Assembly (NCBI GenBank): GCA_964270895.1
Contig: OZ185441.1
DNA length: 64,000 nucleotides
DNA from: Podarcis filfolensis
Lineage: Eukaryota
Strand: one strand, 5' to 3'
Positions 1 through 12,123 of the stretch are shown one piece after another (the stretch's first letter is position 1; each line of letters opens with the position of its first letter). The translations under genes were made by a program, and so were the position numbers. Below the pieces are notes generated by a model. The model searched no databases. It was given only the letters and a program-made list of their open reading frames with translations, and had not been told where the DNA came from.

Positions 1-139
1 TCCAGACAGACCAGGGAGATTTTGATAGGCGACATTTTCCCAAGCGTGGGTAAAATGCACAACCCCTCCTCCTGCTTCCGCAGGGGAAAGAAAATAAGTC
101 AGAAATCTATATACATGATATTTATTTCTGACATTACAG

Positions 140-351
140 CACTAGAGAGAAACACGTCCTTTCAGTTCAGTTCTTCTAGCAGGTCTGACAAACTTCCTGA
201 GCATGCGCAAATGGAAGGTTTCAAATTACACTCTTCACAAAGACTTATCCAGCCTGTGAACGTCCTGGGAAATTCTTCTTTCCCACAGATAGGCGCATCA
301 TGTGATGTCAACAATCTGGCTGTCTGTAGTGGTGATGTTTCCATATACTGA
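140..351 (+). CDS. Candidate terminal coding exon of an unidentified gene
   Basis: Acceptor tttatttctgacattacag| with a CTGAC branch-like motif, then 70 open codons (LERNTSFQF...GDVSIY*); protein not recognised. Confidence 0.25.
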
Positions 352-1105
352 CAATCATGACAGAGTGTACCTACATGCAGCCTCTGAAGAAATAGAAGCA
401 TTTGAAGGGTTAGACCTCTTAGGAATCAAAACATGTTTAACACATGTAAAGTTTAGTGTTTTTCCTTTCTGCGCACAGGCACTGGGAGACAATTCTTTTC
501 TAGAATCACTCTTGTTCTTCCACTTAATGGCATTCTAAAACACTGTTTCAGATCAAGGAATCAGTTTGTCAGGACACTGTGCATAAGAGGGGGGAAACTG
601 AAAGGGGCAGGGAAAGCTCAAAAAGAGCTTAAGGAGGACTGAACATGCTCAGTGGCCACATAATGTCTACAGATTGTTATGGGCAAGTGGAATGGAATGT
701 GAAGTGCCTTGTGTGAAGCACTCGATGAATCCCAAGGGTTTATTATTGCATTATAGTCATTATTGCACATGGGCTCCTCTAAAGACATTGGGAGTGGGGT
801 GGTTGAGTGAAGTGGCAGATCTGATTTCCTCCACTTCAATTGAACCTGTGAAGAGGGCATTTGGCTCCCAAATATTGAACATTACATGGTGTTCTGAGCA
901 CACCCAGCCCAAGGAGGACAAATGGCCAGGAGATTAATTCCTTATTGACAAAGCACTCACTTGACAGTATCTTCTAAGGTGCATAAAACTTGCACACACA
1001 CCTCTGGCAACTAAATAGCTGGTATCCCCTCCCCAGGCTCATGTTCCAAGCTGGAGCATTTGAGGAACAGCATGACCAAGCCTCTGGCCAAACTTCAGAC
1101 AACTG

Positions 1106-3060
1106 TGAACAAGTTAAAAACCAAAGTTCTTGAGAAAAATTTATCACCGATTGAGAAAGAGAGGTTTCAGAAGGAGACAGGTTTAACACTGGTTAAGAAA
1201 GTAAAATACCTGGGGGTTAATATGACTGCTAAGAACTTAAACTTATTTAAAGAGAATTATGAGAAATGTTGGTCAGAAGTGAAAAAGGACTTAGAAATAT
1301 GGTCAAATTTGAAGCTTCCCTTGTTGGGTCGAATTGCTGTTATAAAGATGAATGTATTGCCAAGAATGTTATTTTTGTTTCAATCATTGCAAATTTTGGA
1401 CAAAATGGACTGTTTCAAGAAGTGGCAGAGAGACATTTCTAGATTTGTCTGGCAGGGCAAGAAGCCCAGAATAAAATTTAAAATCTTAACTGATGCAAAG
1501 GAAAGAGGTGGATTTGCCCTGCCAGACCTTAAACTTTATTATGAATCAGCAGCATTCTGCTGGTTGAAAGAATGGCTGCTTCTTGAGAACACAGACATTT
1601 TGGATCTAGAAGGTTTTAATAACGTTTTTGGGTGGCATGCATATTTGTGGTACGACAAGGTTAAAGCACATAAAGCATTTAAAAACCATATTGTCAGGAA
1701 AGCATTGTTTAATGTCTGGATAAGATATAAAGACTTACTTGAAAATAAAACCCCAAGGTGGTTGTCACCGATGGAAGCAAAGGCTCAGAAAAAGCTCAAT
1801 ATGGAGGCCAAATGGCCGAAATATTGGGAAATTCTGGAGCAAGAAGGAGACAAATTGAAATTGCAGAGTTTTGAGAAATTAAAAGACAAAGTGTGAGACT
1901 GGCTTCACTATTATCAAATAAGGGAGGCTTATAATTTGGACAAAAAAATTGGCTTCCAGGTGGAAAAATCAAAATTGGAAACAGAGCTGTTAGATCCCAA
2001 AACTAAGATACTTTCAAGAATGTATAACTTGCTGTTGAAATGGAATACGCAGGATGAAACAATTAAATCTGCTATGATTAAATGGGCACAAGATGTTGGA
2101 CACAACATTATGTTTGCTGACTGGGAACAGTTGTGGACCACAGGTATGAAATTTACGGCATGTAATGCCTTAAGAGAGAATATTATCAAAATGATATACA
2201 GGTGGTACATGACACCAGTCAAGCTTGCAAAAATCTATCATTTGCCCGATAATAAATGTTGGAAATGTAAAGAAAATGAAGGTACATTCTTTTACCTTTG
2301 GTGGACGTGCTCAAAGATTAAGGCTTTTTGGGAGATGATCTATAATGAAATGAAAAAGGTATTTAAATATACCTTCCTGAAGAAACCAGAGGCCTTTCTC
2401 CTGGGCATAGTCGGCCAATTGGTGCCAAAGAAGGATAGAACTTCCTTTATGTATGCTACAACAGCAGCAAGAATACTTATTGCAAAGTATTGGAAGACAC
2501 AAGATTTACCCACCCTGGAAGAGTGGCAGATGAAGGTGATGGACTATATGGAACTGGCGGAAATGACTGGCAGAATCCGAGACCAGGGAGAAGAGTCGGT
2601 GGAAGAAGATTGGAAGAAATTCAAAGACTATCTGCAGAAATATTGTAAAATTAATGAATGTTAAAATGATGTTGGATCGAAATTAAGTGGCATTAGCAAC
2701 AAGGCCAATAAGAATATGTAAAAATGGACTGATAATGGATGAAAATATACAGTTATAATATGTTAAGATATAGAGTTAAGATAAATGAAAGAGGGTAAGG
2801 ATTTGCTGAACTGACTATGTGAACGGGAATACAAAAAAGGGAGGTGTGAGGAGGTCAAGGAAACAAGCAAACGAGCTTAAAGATATGGAAAAAAAATGGA
2901 TTTGTTTTTAACTTTTTCTACTTATTTCTTTTTTGTATTTTGTATTTTCTTTTTTTATGTATTTTTGTATTTTTTCTTTTTTTCTTTTTTTTCTTGTCTT
3001 CTTTTTATTCTGTTAATTTTTGCTTTTTGTAAAATCCTAATAAACATCTTATAAAAAAAA
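1106..3060 (+). mobile_element. 5'-truncated L1 LINE (3' part of ORF2 plus 3' UTR and poly(A))
   Basis: 16-bp TSD aaacttcagacaactg at 1090-1105 and 3061-3076; AATAAA and A-tail just before 3060; translation gives L1 RT/C-terminal motifs (KVKYLGV, FVWQGKKPRIK, GGFALPDLKLYY, CWKC..HxWWTC-like). Confidence 0.95.
1108..2664 (+). pseudogene. L1 ORF2 remnant, one in-frame stop (TGA 1894-1896)
   Basis: ORFs 1060-1896 and 1936-2664 share a frame; gtg TGA gac tgg reads V*DW, consistent with CGA>TGA; translation continues to KINEC*. Confidence 0.9.
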
Positions 3061-3076
3061 AAACTTCAGACAACTG

Positions 3077-3220
3077 AAGGCAGCCCTGATTAGGGAAGTT
3101 TTTAATGTTTGGTGCTGTATTGTTTTTAATATTTGGTTAGAAGCTGCCCCAAAAGGCTGGAGAAACCCAGCCAGATGGGTGGGGTATAAATAAGTTGTTG
3201 TTGTTGTTGTTGTTGTTGTT
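3077..3220 (+). mobile_element. L2-type LINE 3' end with (GTT)n tail
   Basis: gaaggcagccctg..gggaagtttttaatgtttg..ccagatgggtggggtataaataa matches the 3' end of the element at 13255-13730; family assignment from recall. Confidence 0.75.
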
Positions 3221-3577
3221 ACCCTTGTCTGACAGGGCACATGCAAGCAACCACCAACTACTACACAAAAGTTGTCACTGTGCCTGCCTCTTCAAGCCCC
3301 TCTTGGTCCTGGGGGACAATGGGGAAGGGGACAGAAGGGATTCTACCACCCCTGTCTCGGGCACTGTCTCCTCCTCTGCTCCTGGCATGTCCTGCCCTTC
3401 CTCCAGCCCTGGCTTCTACCCCATCTCCAACTGCTCAAACTCTCCCCCTTCCTTTAGCCCTGGCTGCTGCCTTGTGAGAGGCACAAACCCCATAAATCAC
3501 TACCCCCTTCTCCTGGATCAGCCTCTGGCCCCACTACCTCTGCCACACACTCCTTGAAGCCCTGCCAATCCCTGACA
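3221..3577 (-). mobile_element. Solo-LTR-like remnant (TGTCAGG terminus), other end unresolved
   Basis: Minus strand starts TGTCAGGGATTGG at 3577, the same terminus as the TSD-confirmed LTRs at 28052-28542 and 31608-32041; decayed acidic ORF ending SPSPLSPRTKRGLKRQAQ*; no TSD found. Confidence 0.55.
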
Positions 3578-4231
3578 CATAGTACACCTGCAAGCAAATT
3601 ATTGTGAATGATCCATAGCCGAAGGAGTATAAAAAATGCATGCAAATGTTTATTTAGTGATTGCTTCCAAACATTGCAGCTCAGTTTCTTCCCATCCCCG
3701 CAGTCTGGGGAATGTATACTTTGAATAGGCTCCTTGATAAGGGAGCAAAATTCTTAGAGTAATTATTTGGAGTTTTTATTTGGTGGGGGAATTAGTGTAT
3801 GGTATTACATGATGCTTCTAGGATATGGGCATGCCTGCATTCCACTGATAAAGCTTTAGGCTGGCATCTGTGTCTCGCTGGCTTTTTAACGAGAATGCAA
3901 ATATACAATATTACTGCTAATGATGTCAAACGAAATGGCTAACCTGAGTGTCCAAAGGATGAAGTACAGTACTTTGTACAAACAGTAATTATTTCAGTAG
4001 CAAAAGGAATCTGCAAAGTAGCTCACAACATGAGTTATTATATTATTCCTGTAACATGAAAGGAGGAAGTACAGTAAATAGGGGACCTTATTCTGCTTGA
4101 GGATGGAAAATGCTTTAATCACTAGAGAGAGAGGAGGTTTGCAGTGTGTGAAATTCTGGCAGGCATTCTTTTAGAAGGGAGCACGGTCCCTTGGGTTATG
4201 TTTAGGTACTTATTGATTCTTAGGTGCATGT

Positions 4232-4232
<1 letters not shown>

Positions 4233-4265
<33 letters not shown>
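4233..4265. repeat. (CA)n microsatellite
   Basis: Direct reading. Confidence 0.95.
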
Positions 4266-4267
<2 letters not shown>

Positions 4268-4869
4268 ATTTGGGATTGTCGTATTTGGTAGTTTTCTGCT
4301 GCCGTCAATGTATCCTCTTTGATTCTTCCCTGTGACTGTCCTCAGCATCGTTCTAGATCATAATTCGGAAGTTAATCATTTGGGTAAGATTCCAGCATGA
4401 AACCCTCAGGCCCTTCACTTGTTTAATCCAGCCAACACATGCTGCCTGGGAGAGAAGGAAACCCTAGCCAGAAATACCCCATGATATTTCAGTTCCAGGG
4501 CACACAGCTTCCACTGCCCGAAAATTGCCCCTCTGTGCCTCTTTGCTTGGTTATTCTTCAGGGTGTGATGTTCAGTTCAAGCCACATGGCTGTTTAGTTA
4601 TCTTCTTTTTTCAAACTAAAAAGCCCAGACACTTTGGTATTTCAAGGCATAAGACATTTCCTGCACTTCTGCTCCTGTTCACTGATTATGTAATAAATGA
4701 AGTACTTTCAAAGTGGGCCAGTTAACTGAAATGGACACCCAAGCATCCCACTTACCGAGCCAGAAGAGAAGAACAAGAACATACCATTCATTTTTAATGT
4801 CAGCTGAGCCAATGAATATAAATGAAAAGAAAGCAGGAAGCGGGAGATAGTTGGCTTTTAGGCAAATGG

Positions 4870-5027
4870 TTCGTAGCTCGGGGTAGAGCACGTGTGTGGC
4901 ATGCAGAAGATTCTGGCTTCAATCTCTAGGTTGCAATCCAGACTCAAATCCTGAAGAGCTGCTGTCAATCAGTTCCAAGAGTGCTAGGCTAGATGGACCA
5001 AGAGTCTGTCTCAGCATAAAGCATCTT
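4870..5027 (+). mobile_element. Degenerate tRNA-derived SINE with CR1-like tail (Squam-type)
   Basis: A-box-like gtagctcggggtagagcac, B-box-like ggcttcaatc, tail ctagatggaccaagagtctg. Confidence 0.6.
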
Positions 5028-5307
5028 ACTGCATATTTAAGGATTTTATATTATTAAGACTCTTTTCAGTCAATACGATTTTAGGGTGTTTGTAATATGG
5101 ACACATACTAGTTTCATTCAGCCTCCCTTGCTGTATGTTTCTAGCCGTGAGCCTGTATCTTACATGCATGCTCACTGAGTTGTGAATTTGGAAGTCTTTA
5201 CTGAAGGCAACTGTATGCCATAGAAAAGCTCCCCCACCCCCAATAACACTACAACTCAGGGACCTCCAATGAAGCTGAATGCTGGAAGATTTGGGACAGA
5301 TAAAATG

Positions 5308-5460
5308 CAATGCATAGTTAAACTGGGGTACTCATTCCCATAGGAGGCCACCAACTTGGATGGATTTACAAGAGGATTAGACAATTCATGGAGGATAAGG
5401 CTGTACTGAAGGCTACTAGCCATGTTGGCTATGCTCTACCTCCACAGCTGCCTCCATGGG
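5308..5460 (+). mobile_element. CR1 LINE 3' fragment
   Basis: gcatagttaaact..ggccaccaacttggatggattta..agaggattagacaattcatggaggataaggct resembles the CR1 ORF2 end seen at 34690-35057. Confidence 0.7.
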
Positions 5461-8348
5461 AGACCACTATATTTTCTGCATATGTAGTTCAAAACACCAT
5501 TTAAAATGATCAGGAGATTGCTCATTGCAGTTTTTTTTTTTTTTTAAGAATTACTGCTGTTCTTCCTTTTTATTTAACACTGTCCATGGTCTATTACATA
5601 CCATAATAAGAGTGCTGGATAAAACATTACAAAGTACAAAAAATATTCAAAGATTGCAGCAAACAGAATTCAGGTAGAGAGAGCAAGAGCAAAACAATTT
5701 ACTCAAGATGATTTTGGCCATTCAAGTTTCGCAACTCTGCAGCCATGCACCCTCTCATTCTGATTTTCTTCTTGTCTCTGATATGAACGCTTATTGTCCT
5801 TTTGTGCTTCTGATAAATCTTTGCAGCCCTCAGCCATTGCTGCTGCTAAGGAAGGCAACAACCCCCCCCTCTGCCATTGCAGGAAACCAGACATTGCCGC
5901 TGCTCTCTGAGCCCTCCCTGGAGAGAAAGAACAACAGGAGCCACCCCAAGCAATTGATCAAATGTTCGTCTTTGTGGTTCTCAGACTCCAGAAGCAGTTT
6001 TCTGGGTGGGGTGGAGTCCCTATGTTAGTATCCAGGCAGGTGAGTCGCTGTTGCTTACCAGGGGGACGAGGGGGACAAAGGAGATGCCAGGAAGGTTGGT
6101 GCCGTGCCCAGTGGAGCCAGTGTGATACTAATGCCAGTGGTCTGCACTGTCCCAACCTCCCCATCTCCTCACCCTCCTGGCAAGCCACAGCCATCTGCAT
6201 GCCAGGAAGTTAGTGTAACAGTAAAGGAAAATTGGTTGGTCGCAGTTATTTCCAAGCTCCTTTGCTGCCCTGTGGATGCATTTATGAGACTTGTCTGCTT
6301 GCTGTCTTGCTCTTCTTCCTCTTTCTCAATTCCTCCTTACCCTCAAGGCAGCCCCACCAGTCAGAAAGCCAGTCCCGAGCTGCTCTCCATTCCAGCAAGG
6401 GGGGGAGGGACTTTATCCGCAGCCATGCAGTACCCAGACATCAAAAGAAAAAAGGGTGTGAGAAAGAGGACATTCTTGTAGAAGAGAAGACAGATGACCA
6501 CCCTACAGAGTATGCAATATAAAGGACCAGGGTCAGTGTCCCTATTGGCCTGCTGGCACAACTGTATCACATCAGGGACAATATCTGCAGCAACAGCAGT
6601 ACCTAGGGAGATTGCATAATCTTTCCTTGGGCTAGTCCCATGAAAAAAGTAAACATTGTGCAACTCTTTGAGCATCTCTAGGAGCTGAAGCTCAGTGCTC
6701 ACATTCTCAGCTAAAATCTCAAGAGTACAATTCTCCTTCTGTTAAAACCAATGAGGGAAACCCCCATCAGCTGCAATGAACCAGGATTGCACCTTGGAAT
6801 GGCAGGCAGTGAAAGTGCAAGAAAAGGTTTAAGGTCCTGACAATGATTTGATGATAGACTGTCTCATCCGTAGTGGATGTTTAGTCAAAGCTATCTGACC
6901 TTCGCAAAGATTGACTGTTTTCAACCACTGCACAATTCAGTTTTGTTGATAATTGCGTTAAAAGATCAATACATTAGAATGCTCTAACATCGATAATTCC
7001 AGTTCATCATTCTAAAAGGGATTATCTTTGTCTGGAGCAGTCACTAAATCTGAATTGCATGTTTGCTGAAGTGCAGCAAATCATGTAGGAAGACAACAGG
7101 CCCTGACCCAGCACTGACTCTGTCTATTGTGATGAATATAAAAGCCAATGACATTGTGGAGCCAATTTTCTCCCCACTCAAGAATAATGTAGCACCACGT
7201 GTGTATTTAGTAATGCCTGCTGCGGAGCTGTGTGGGTCAGACTTCATGTTATGTGTAAGGCCAGCCAGAAAGATCTTGTACAGCATTTCAAGAGTTTGAT
7301 TTCAACTCACGCTACAACCTAATACAACTTTCTGGTGGCAGCTGCGAGGGAGCTCACTGAGCATAACGGGGCTTGCTTTCAGGTCATAGTATTGCTATAT
7401 CGGACAGATCGGTTATAAAAGTGAATGACTAATCCTGTGATGAATAATATCCATTTTTTTCCACACCATTCTTAGTTCCACGTACTCACCCCAAGATATT
7501 TGCAATGCCCTCTACAATTCCACTGAATTGTTTAGTTACCTTTAAAGCACGGGTCTTCTGTTATGCAGCTGCAGAGGCTAGTACAAGTATAAATAATATA
7601 TACACTGCGTGCTGCACTTATATACAGTTGCTTTTACCACTAAAAGTTATGCCAGAACAACTGAGGCAGCATAGTTGTTGTGGGGTTACAAAACAATCTA
7701 CTCTCACCTGGCATTATTGGTGCTCTGGAAGTGTATGAAGAATCACAGATCAGGGGGAGTAAAAAGTCCTTGCGTTCTCCCATCCCAAATAATCTGCAAA
7801 CATTGCATTGTATGCTGATTTTTTTCTGTCACTAGAGATTGTACACATATTCCAAATGTTCTAGATGTAATTTCTGAGTATTTCTGACTGGAAAAAAAGA
7901 TTTTAGTTAGCAGAGCCAGGAAAGCTTGGCCGGTTTGAGACTCTGGAGAGGTCATAATTGATCCTTAAAATGACTGACAATAGCTTGTGCCTCTTCCCTT
8001 CGAGCAAAAACAGGCAGGCAGAGAAAGCTTACCATTGTGTGTGTGTGTGTGGGGGGGGGACAGGACAGCAACTGGATGGAACAGTACGTCTTATGAGCAA
8101 GGAGACTCTGTCAATCCAGTTGTTAAAGTGAAAAAGTTAGTTCTGAGCTTCCTATGTTTTCACAGTAAAATTCATATGGACTGTATATATTAATCTAGAA
8201 CTGATGGAATATTCTTATTGCTAATGTTAGCTGGCAATATTTTTATTGCCCTGAGATATATGGATGAAGAGTGGTATGCAAATTTAATAAATAAGAATCA
8301 AACAAAAAATAACATTAAATCAAATGTGCATCTTACATGTGAATTCTT

Positions 8349-10658
8349 TTTTTTAAATGAATTTTTATTAATTTACATCAAAAAACAAAAAAACATATTA
8401 GTTTCACATCAAATTTTTCACAACTTATTCCTTTTCTGGACTTCCTTCAGCTTTTCCGTAAATCATCCATAGTTATTATTTAAATTACGCATTTCTTAGT
8501 TTTATATTGACATTATTTATATCTTTCTTTCTATTCCCTTTAGACAATATTTCTTAATTTTTCACAGTGCTTCTTTAAATCCCATTAGCGTTATCTGTCC
8601 CTCACTTATATATTCCAGATATTCCACAAATTTCCCCCAGTCCTCGATGAACTTTTGGTCTCTTAAGTATCTGATCTTTCCTGTCAATTTATCCAGCTCC
8701 GCATAGTCTAACAGCTTCATTCTCCATTCTTCCACAGTCGGTATTTCCTGTTGTTTCCATTTCTGGGCCAGTAACACTCTTGCTGCTGTTACTGCATATT
8801 GAAAAAATTTACAATCCTTTCTTTTTATCTCGTTTCCTAATATTCCTAACAGAAAGACTTCTGGTTTCTTTATAAATGTATATTTTAAAATCCTCTTCAA
8901 TTCATTATATATCTTTTCCCAGAAGTCTTTCACTTTCTTACATTCCCACCACATATGATAAAAAGTACCTTCTTTATCTTTACACTTCCAACACTTATTA
9001 CATGTCTTATACATTTTTGCTAATTTTACGGGTGTCATATACCATCTATAAAACATTTTCATAACATTTTCTTTTAACGTCATACATGCAGTAAATTTTA
9101 AGCCCTCCTTCCATAGTTTTTCCCAATCCTCAAATTGTATGTTATGACCCACATCTCTGGCCCAGTGAATCATTACCGACTTAACTTCTTCATCCTTTAA
9201 ATTCCATTCTAACAACAACTTATACATTTTGGATAAAGTTTTTCCGTCAATATCTATAATTTCCATCTGAAATTTAGAATCCTTGTCCGCATAACCATGT
9301 TCCTTACTATCTTTTCTAAACATTTCGTTAATTTGGAAATAATGCAACCAGTCATATACATATTCTTTAACCTGCTCATATGGTTTCATTTTCCATTTTC
9401 CTCCTTCTTTAAATAGCAGTTGACTATATGTTATCCACTTACTTCTCATATTAATTTTCTTTACACTCATGACTTCTAAAGGAGATAACCAGTGTGGGAT
9501 TCTAGGTTCTAATAGGTTTTTATACCTATCCCATATTTCAATTAAAGGACCTCGGAAGATGTGGTTCTCAAAACCTTTATGGACTTTCTTTTTCTCGTAC
9601 CATAAATACGCATGCCATCCAAATCTATTATCAAACCGCTCTAAGTCAAGCAATTCCTTGTTTTCTAATTTAATCCAGTCTTTCAACCAGCAAAGGCATG
9701 ATGCCTCATAATACAATTTCAGATCCGGCAGGGCAAAGCCTCCCCTTTCTCTTATATCTGTTAACAACTTAAATTGAATTCTTGGCTTTTTGCCCTGCCA
9801 AATATATCTTGAAATCGCTCTTTGCCACTCTTTGAAAATTCTGTTCCCCTTGATTATGGGGATAGTCTGAAATAAAAATAGCATTTTTGGTAGCACATTC
9901 ATCTTGATTGTAGAAATCCTTCCCCAAAATGACAATTTCATTCTTCCCCACACCTCCAGGTCCTTTCTTATTTCATTCCACACTGGCTCGTAGTTGTTCT
10001 TGTACAAATCTATATTTTTGGGAGTTACCCATATTCCTAGATATTTAACCTTTTTAACCACCTCTATCTGTGTTTGTTGTTGCATTATTTCTATTGCACT
10101 TTGATCCATGTTCTTCACAATCATTTTCGTTTTCTTCTTACTTAGTTTAAAACCTGCCACTTCTCCAAACTGTTCAATTTCCTCCAATACTTCTTTTACT
10201 GTAGTTATTGGCTCTTCAAGCATTATTACCAAGTCGTCTGCAAATGCTTTAATCTTATATTCATTTTGGCCGATTGTCACTCCTTTTATTTTCTTACTTT
10301 GTCTAATCGAGTTCAGAAGGACTTCTAACACCATTATAAATAATAGTGGTGAAAGTGGGCATCCCTGTCTTGTTCCTTTCTGTATCTTTATTTCTTCTGT
10401 AACTACATTATTTATAATCAATTTGGCTTTTTGTTCTGTATAAATTGCCCTTATTCCATTAAAAAACTCTTTGCCGACTTCCATATATTCCAAATTTCTC
10501 AACATAAAATCCCATGCTATATTGTCGAAAGCCTTCTCCGCATCCACAAACATCATTATGGCTTGTTTATCATTCCTGGCAGACAGATATTCCATCATAT
10601 TAATTATATTTCTTATATTATCTTTCATCTGCCTGCCTGGAAGAAAACCTGCCTGGTC
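8349..10658 (-). mobile_element. Young 5'-truncated L1 LINE (different subfamily from 1106-3060)
   Basis: 17-bp TSD cttacatgtgaattctt at 8332-8348 and 10659-10675; AATAAA and poly(A) on the minus strand near 8349-8370; ORF open from the 5' junction. Confidence 0.97.
8562..10628 (-). CDS. L1 ORF2p reverse transcriptase plus C-terminal Cys-rich domain (no endonuclease), 688 aa
   Basis: RT motifs DAEKAFD, GTRQGCPLSPLLF, FADDL, KYLG; C-terminal CWKC..FYHMWWEC; upstream in-frame DQAGFLPGRQ runs to the element boundary. Confidence 0.92.
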   Translation of the reverse strand: MKDNIRNIINMMEYLSARNDKQAIMMFVDAEKAFDNIAWDFMLRNLEYMEVGKEFFNGIRAIYTEQKAKLIINNVVTEEIKIQKGTRQGCPLSPLLFIMVLEVLLNSIRQSKKIKGVTIGQNEYKIKAFADDLVIMLEEPITTVKEVLEEIEQFGEVAGFKLSKKKTKMIVKNMDQSAIEIMQQQTQIEVVKKVKYLGIWVTPKNIDLYKNNYEPVWNEIRKDLEVWGRMKLSFWGRISTIKMNVLPKMLFLFQTIPIIKGNRIFKEWQRAISRYIWQGKKPRIQFKLLTDIRERGGFALPDLKLYYEASCLCWLKDWIKLENKELLDLERFDNRFGWHAYLWYEKKKVHKGFENHIFRGPLIEIWDRYKNLLEPRIPHWLSPLEVMSVKKINMRSKWITYSQLLFKEGGKWKMKPYEQVKEYVYDWLHYFQINEMFRKDSKEHGYADKDSKFQMEIIDIDGKTLSKMYKLLLEWNLKDEEVKSVMIHWARDVGHNIQFEDWEKLWKEGLKFTACMTLKENVMKMFYRWYMTPVKLAKMYKTCNKCWKCKDKEGTFYHMWWECKKVKDFWEKIYNELKRILKYTFIKKPEVFLLGILGNEIKRKDCKFFQYAVTAARVLLAQKWKQQEIPTVEEWRMKLLDYAELDKLTGKIRYLRDQKFIEDWGKFVEYLEYISEGQITLMGFKEAL

Positions 10659-11486
10659 CTTACATGTGAATTCTTATACTCAAACTTTGAAATGTGAATG
10701 CTGTAGATGTTTGGCATATTGTGATTGTTTTCATTTTGGGATGCTTCCAACATGAAATCTGTAAGTTTTCAAGTGCTAATTACTAGCACAAGTTACATCA
10801 AGTGCTTTAAGATACATTTACTAGAACGTGCAAACTATCAAATGCTATCTGACAGGGCTATGTAACCATTTTTTCCAAAGCATCAGCTGAACTGGACCGA
10901 TTTGTATTGTGCCAAATCCAAATTGGGTCAAGGCAGCCACAAGTTGCTGCAGAGCAAGTAGTGTGGACGCAAATTAATTTGTAGCACATTTGTGCTGATT
11001 CAGAAAAAACCCCAGTCTATCTAAAGCCAGACATAATTCCCCAAAGTTATTATTAATTGCAGTATCAGATAAGGAGAATTCCAGGATTGAACAGGGAGAG
11101 GAGGGAAGCTGGGCATCACTCAGTGACAGCTCTAACTTCCAATCCAGGATTTGAATCTCACCCAAGACTCTACAGTCACAATACTTAGGGTGGGATGAGG
11201 GATGGTGATGTCTCACACTGCCTTTACTCTTTTGTAAGCGTTTAGTGGAGTTTAGTTTAGTGGCATTTGTTCAGCTTGTGTTTCGTTATCTTCACAGTAC
11301 TCAACCTAGCCTTATACCTATTTGCTTTCCATCCATCCCAGTCCCATCCTTATACCAAAAATGTGTACTAGCTACTTAAGCAGGGTCACTTTCCTTACCT
11401 CACCCCCAATTATTTTGCCCCTAGTTTTTAAGGTTAGGTTTGCATTTTATTTACAGCTGTGTTCTGTTTTCTGTCTGTAATATTAC

Positions 11487-11488
<2 letters not shown>

Positions 11489-11571
<83 letters not shown>
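11489..11571. repeat. Compound (CT)n-(GT)n-(GA)n microsatellite
   Basis: Direct reading; the CT and GA blocks are mutually complementary. Confidence 0.95.
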
Positions 11572-11584
11572 CTGGTAGGACAGT

Positions 11585-11875
11585 GACTCCTTAAGCCACT
11601 CAGAGATAGTGGAAGTGGAAACCGTTCATCCCAGTGAAGCTCTCCCAAAGAAAATAAATAAGGCTTCTGATTTCTTGAACACCACTGTTCTATACAGATA
11701 AAAACAGAGGATCCTGAGCACATCCAAGGTGTGCCAGGCCTATTCCTTAGAAGATTTTGGGTGAGGGCAGAAATGAAGTAATACTGAGCCCTATGGAACC
11801 AGGAATTAATCTTTGGGACAAAGTTCGGATCCAGTCTAAGTACCACCTTATCTTGGTGGAAAATATACATGTGTG
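11585..11875 (-). mobile_element. DIRS-like retrotransposon tyrosine recombinase fragment (decayed)
   Basis: FHQDKVVLRLDPNFVPKINSWFH, then after a frameshift FCPHPKSSKE*AWHTLDVLRILCFYLYRT..KKSEALF..ISEWLK, typical of vertebrate DIRS1 YR. Confidence 0.8.
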
Positions 11876-11907
11876 TGACTCAGAGAACAGGGTTCCCAAC
11901 TCCAATA

Positions 11908-12123
11908 CTGGTACCTCCAGTTGCGGACCGGATCTGTTCTGGAGCTCTGGTCAGATCCCGAGGTTTCCCCAACCGGAGGTGCCTGTTCTGCGCATGCGTG
12001 CGGCGCGTAGAGTGCTTCTGCACATGTGCAAGAGGCGAAACCCATAAAAATACTTCTGGGTTTGCCGCTTTCGCAACCTGAAGTTTACGTTACCCGAGGG
12101 TAATGTAAGCCGAGGTTCTACTG
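11908..12123. mobile_element. Tc1/mariner (Tigger-like) MITE
   Basis: Degenerate TIRs c(ag)tggtacctc ... gaggttctactg, flanked by TA on both sides. Confidence 0.75.

Noticed and set aside
8876-10755. Plus-strand ORFs antisense to the young L1
   Set aside because: Shadow ORFs of the ORF2 reading frame.
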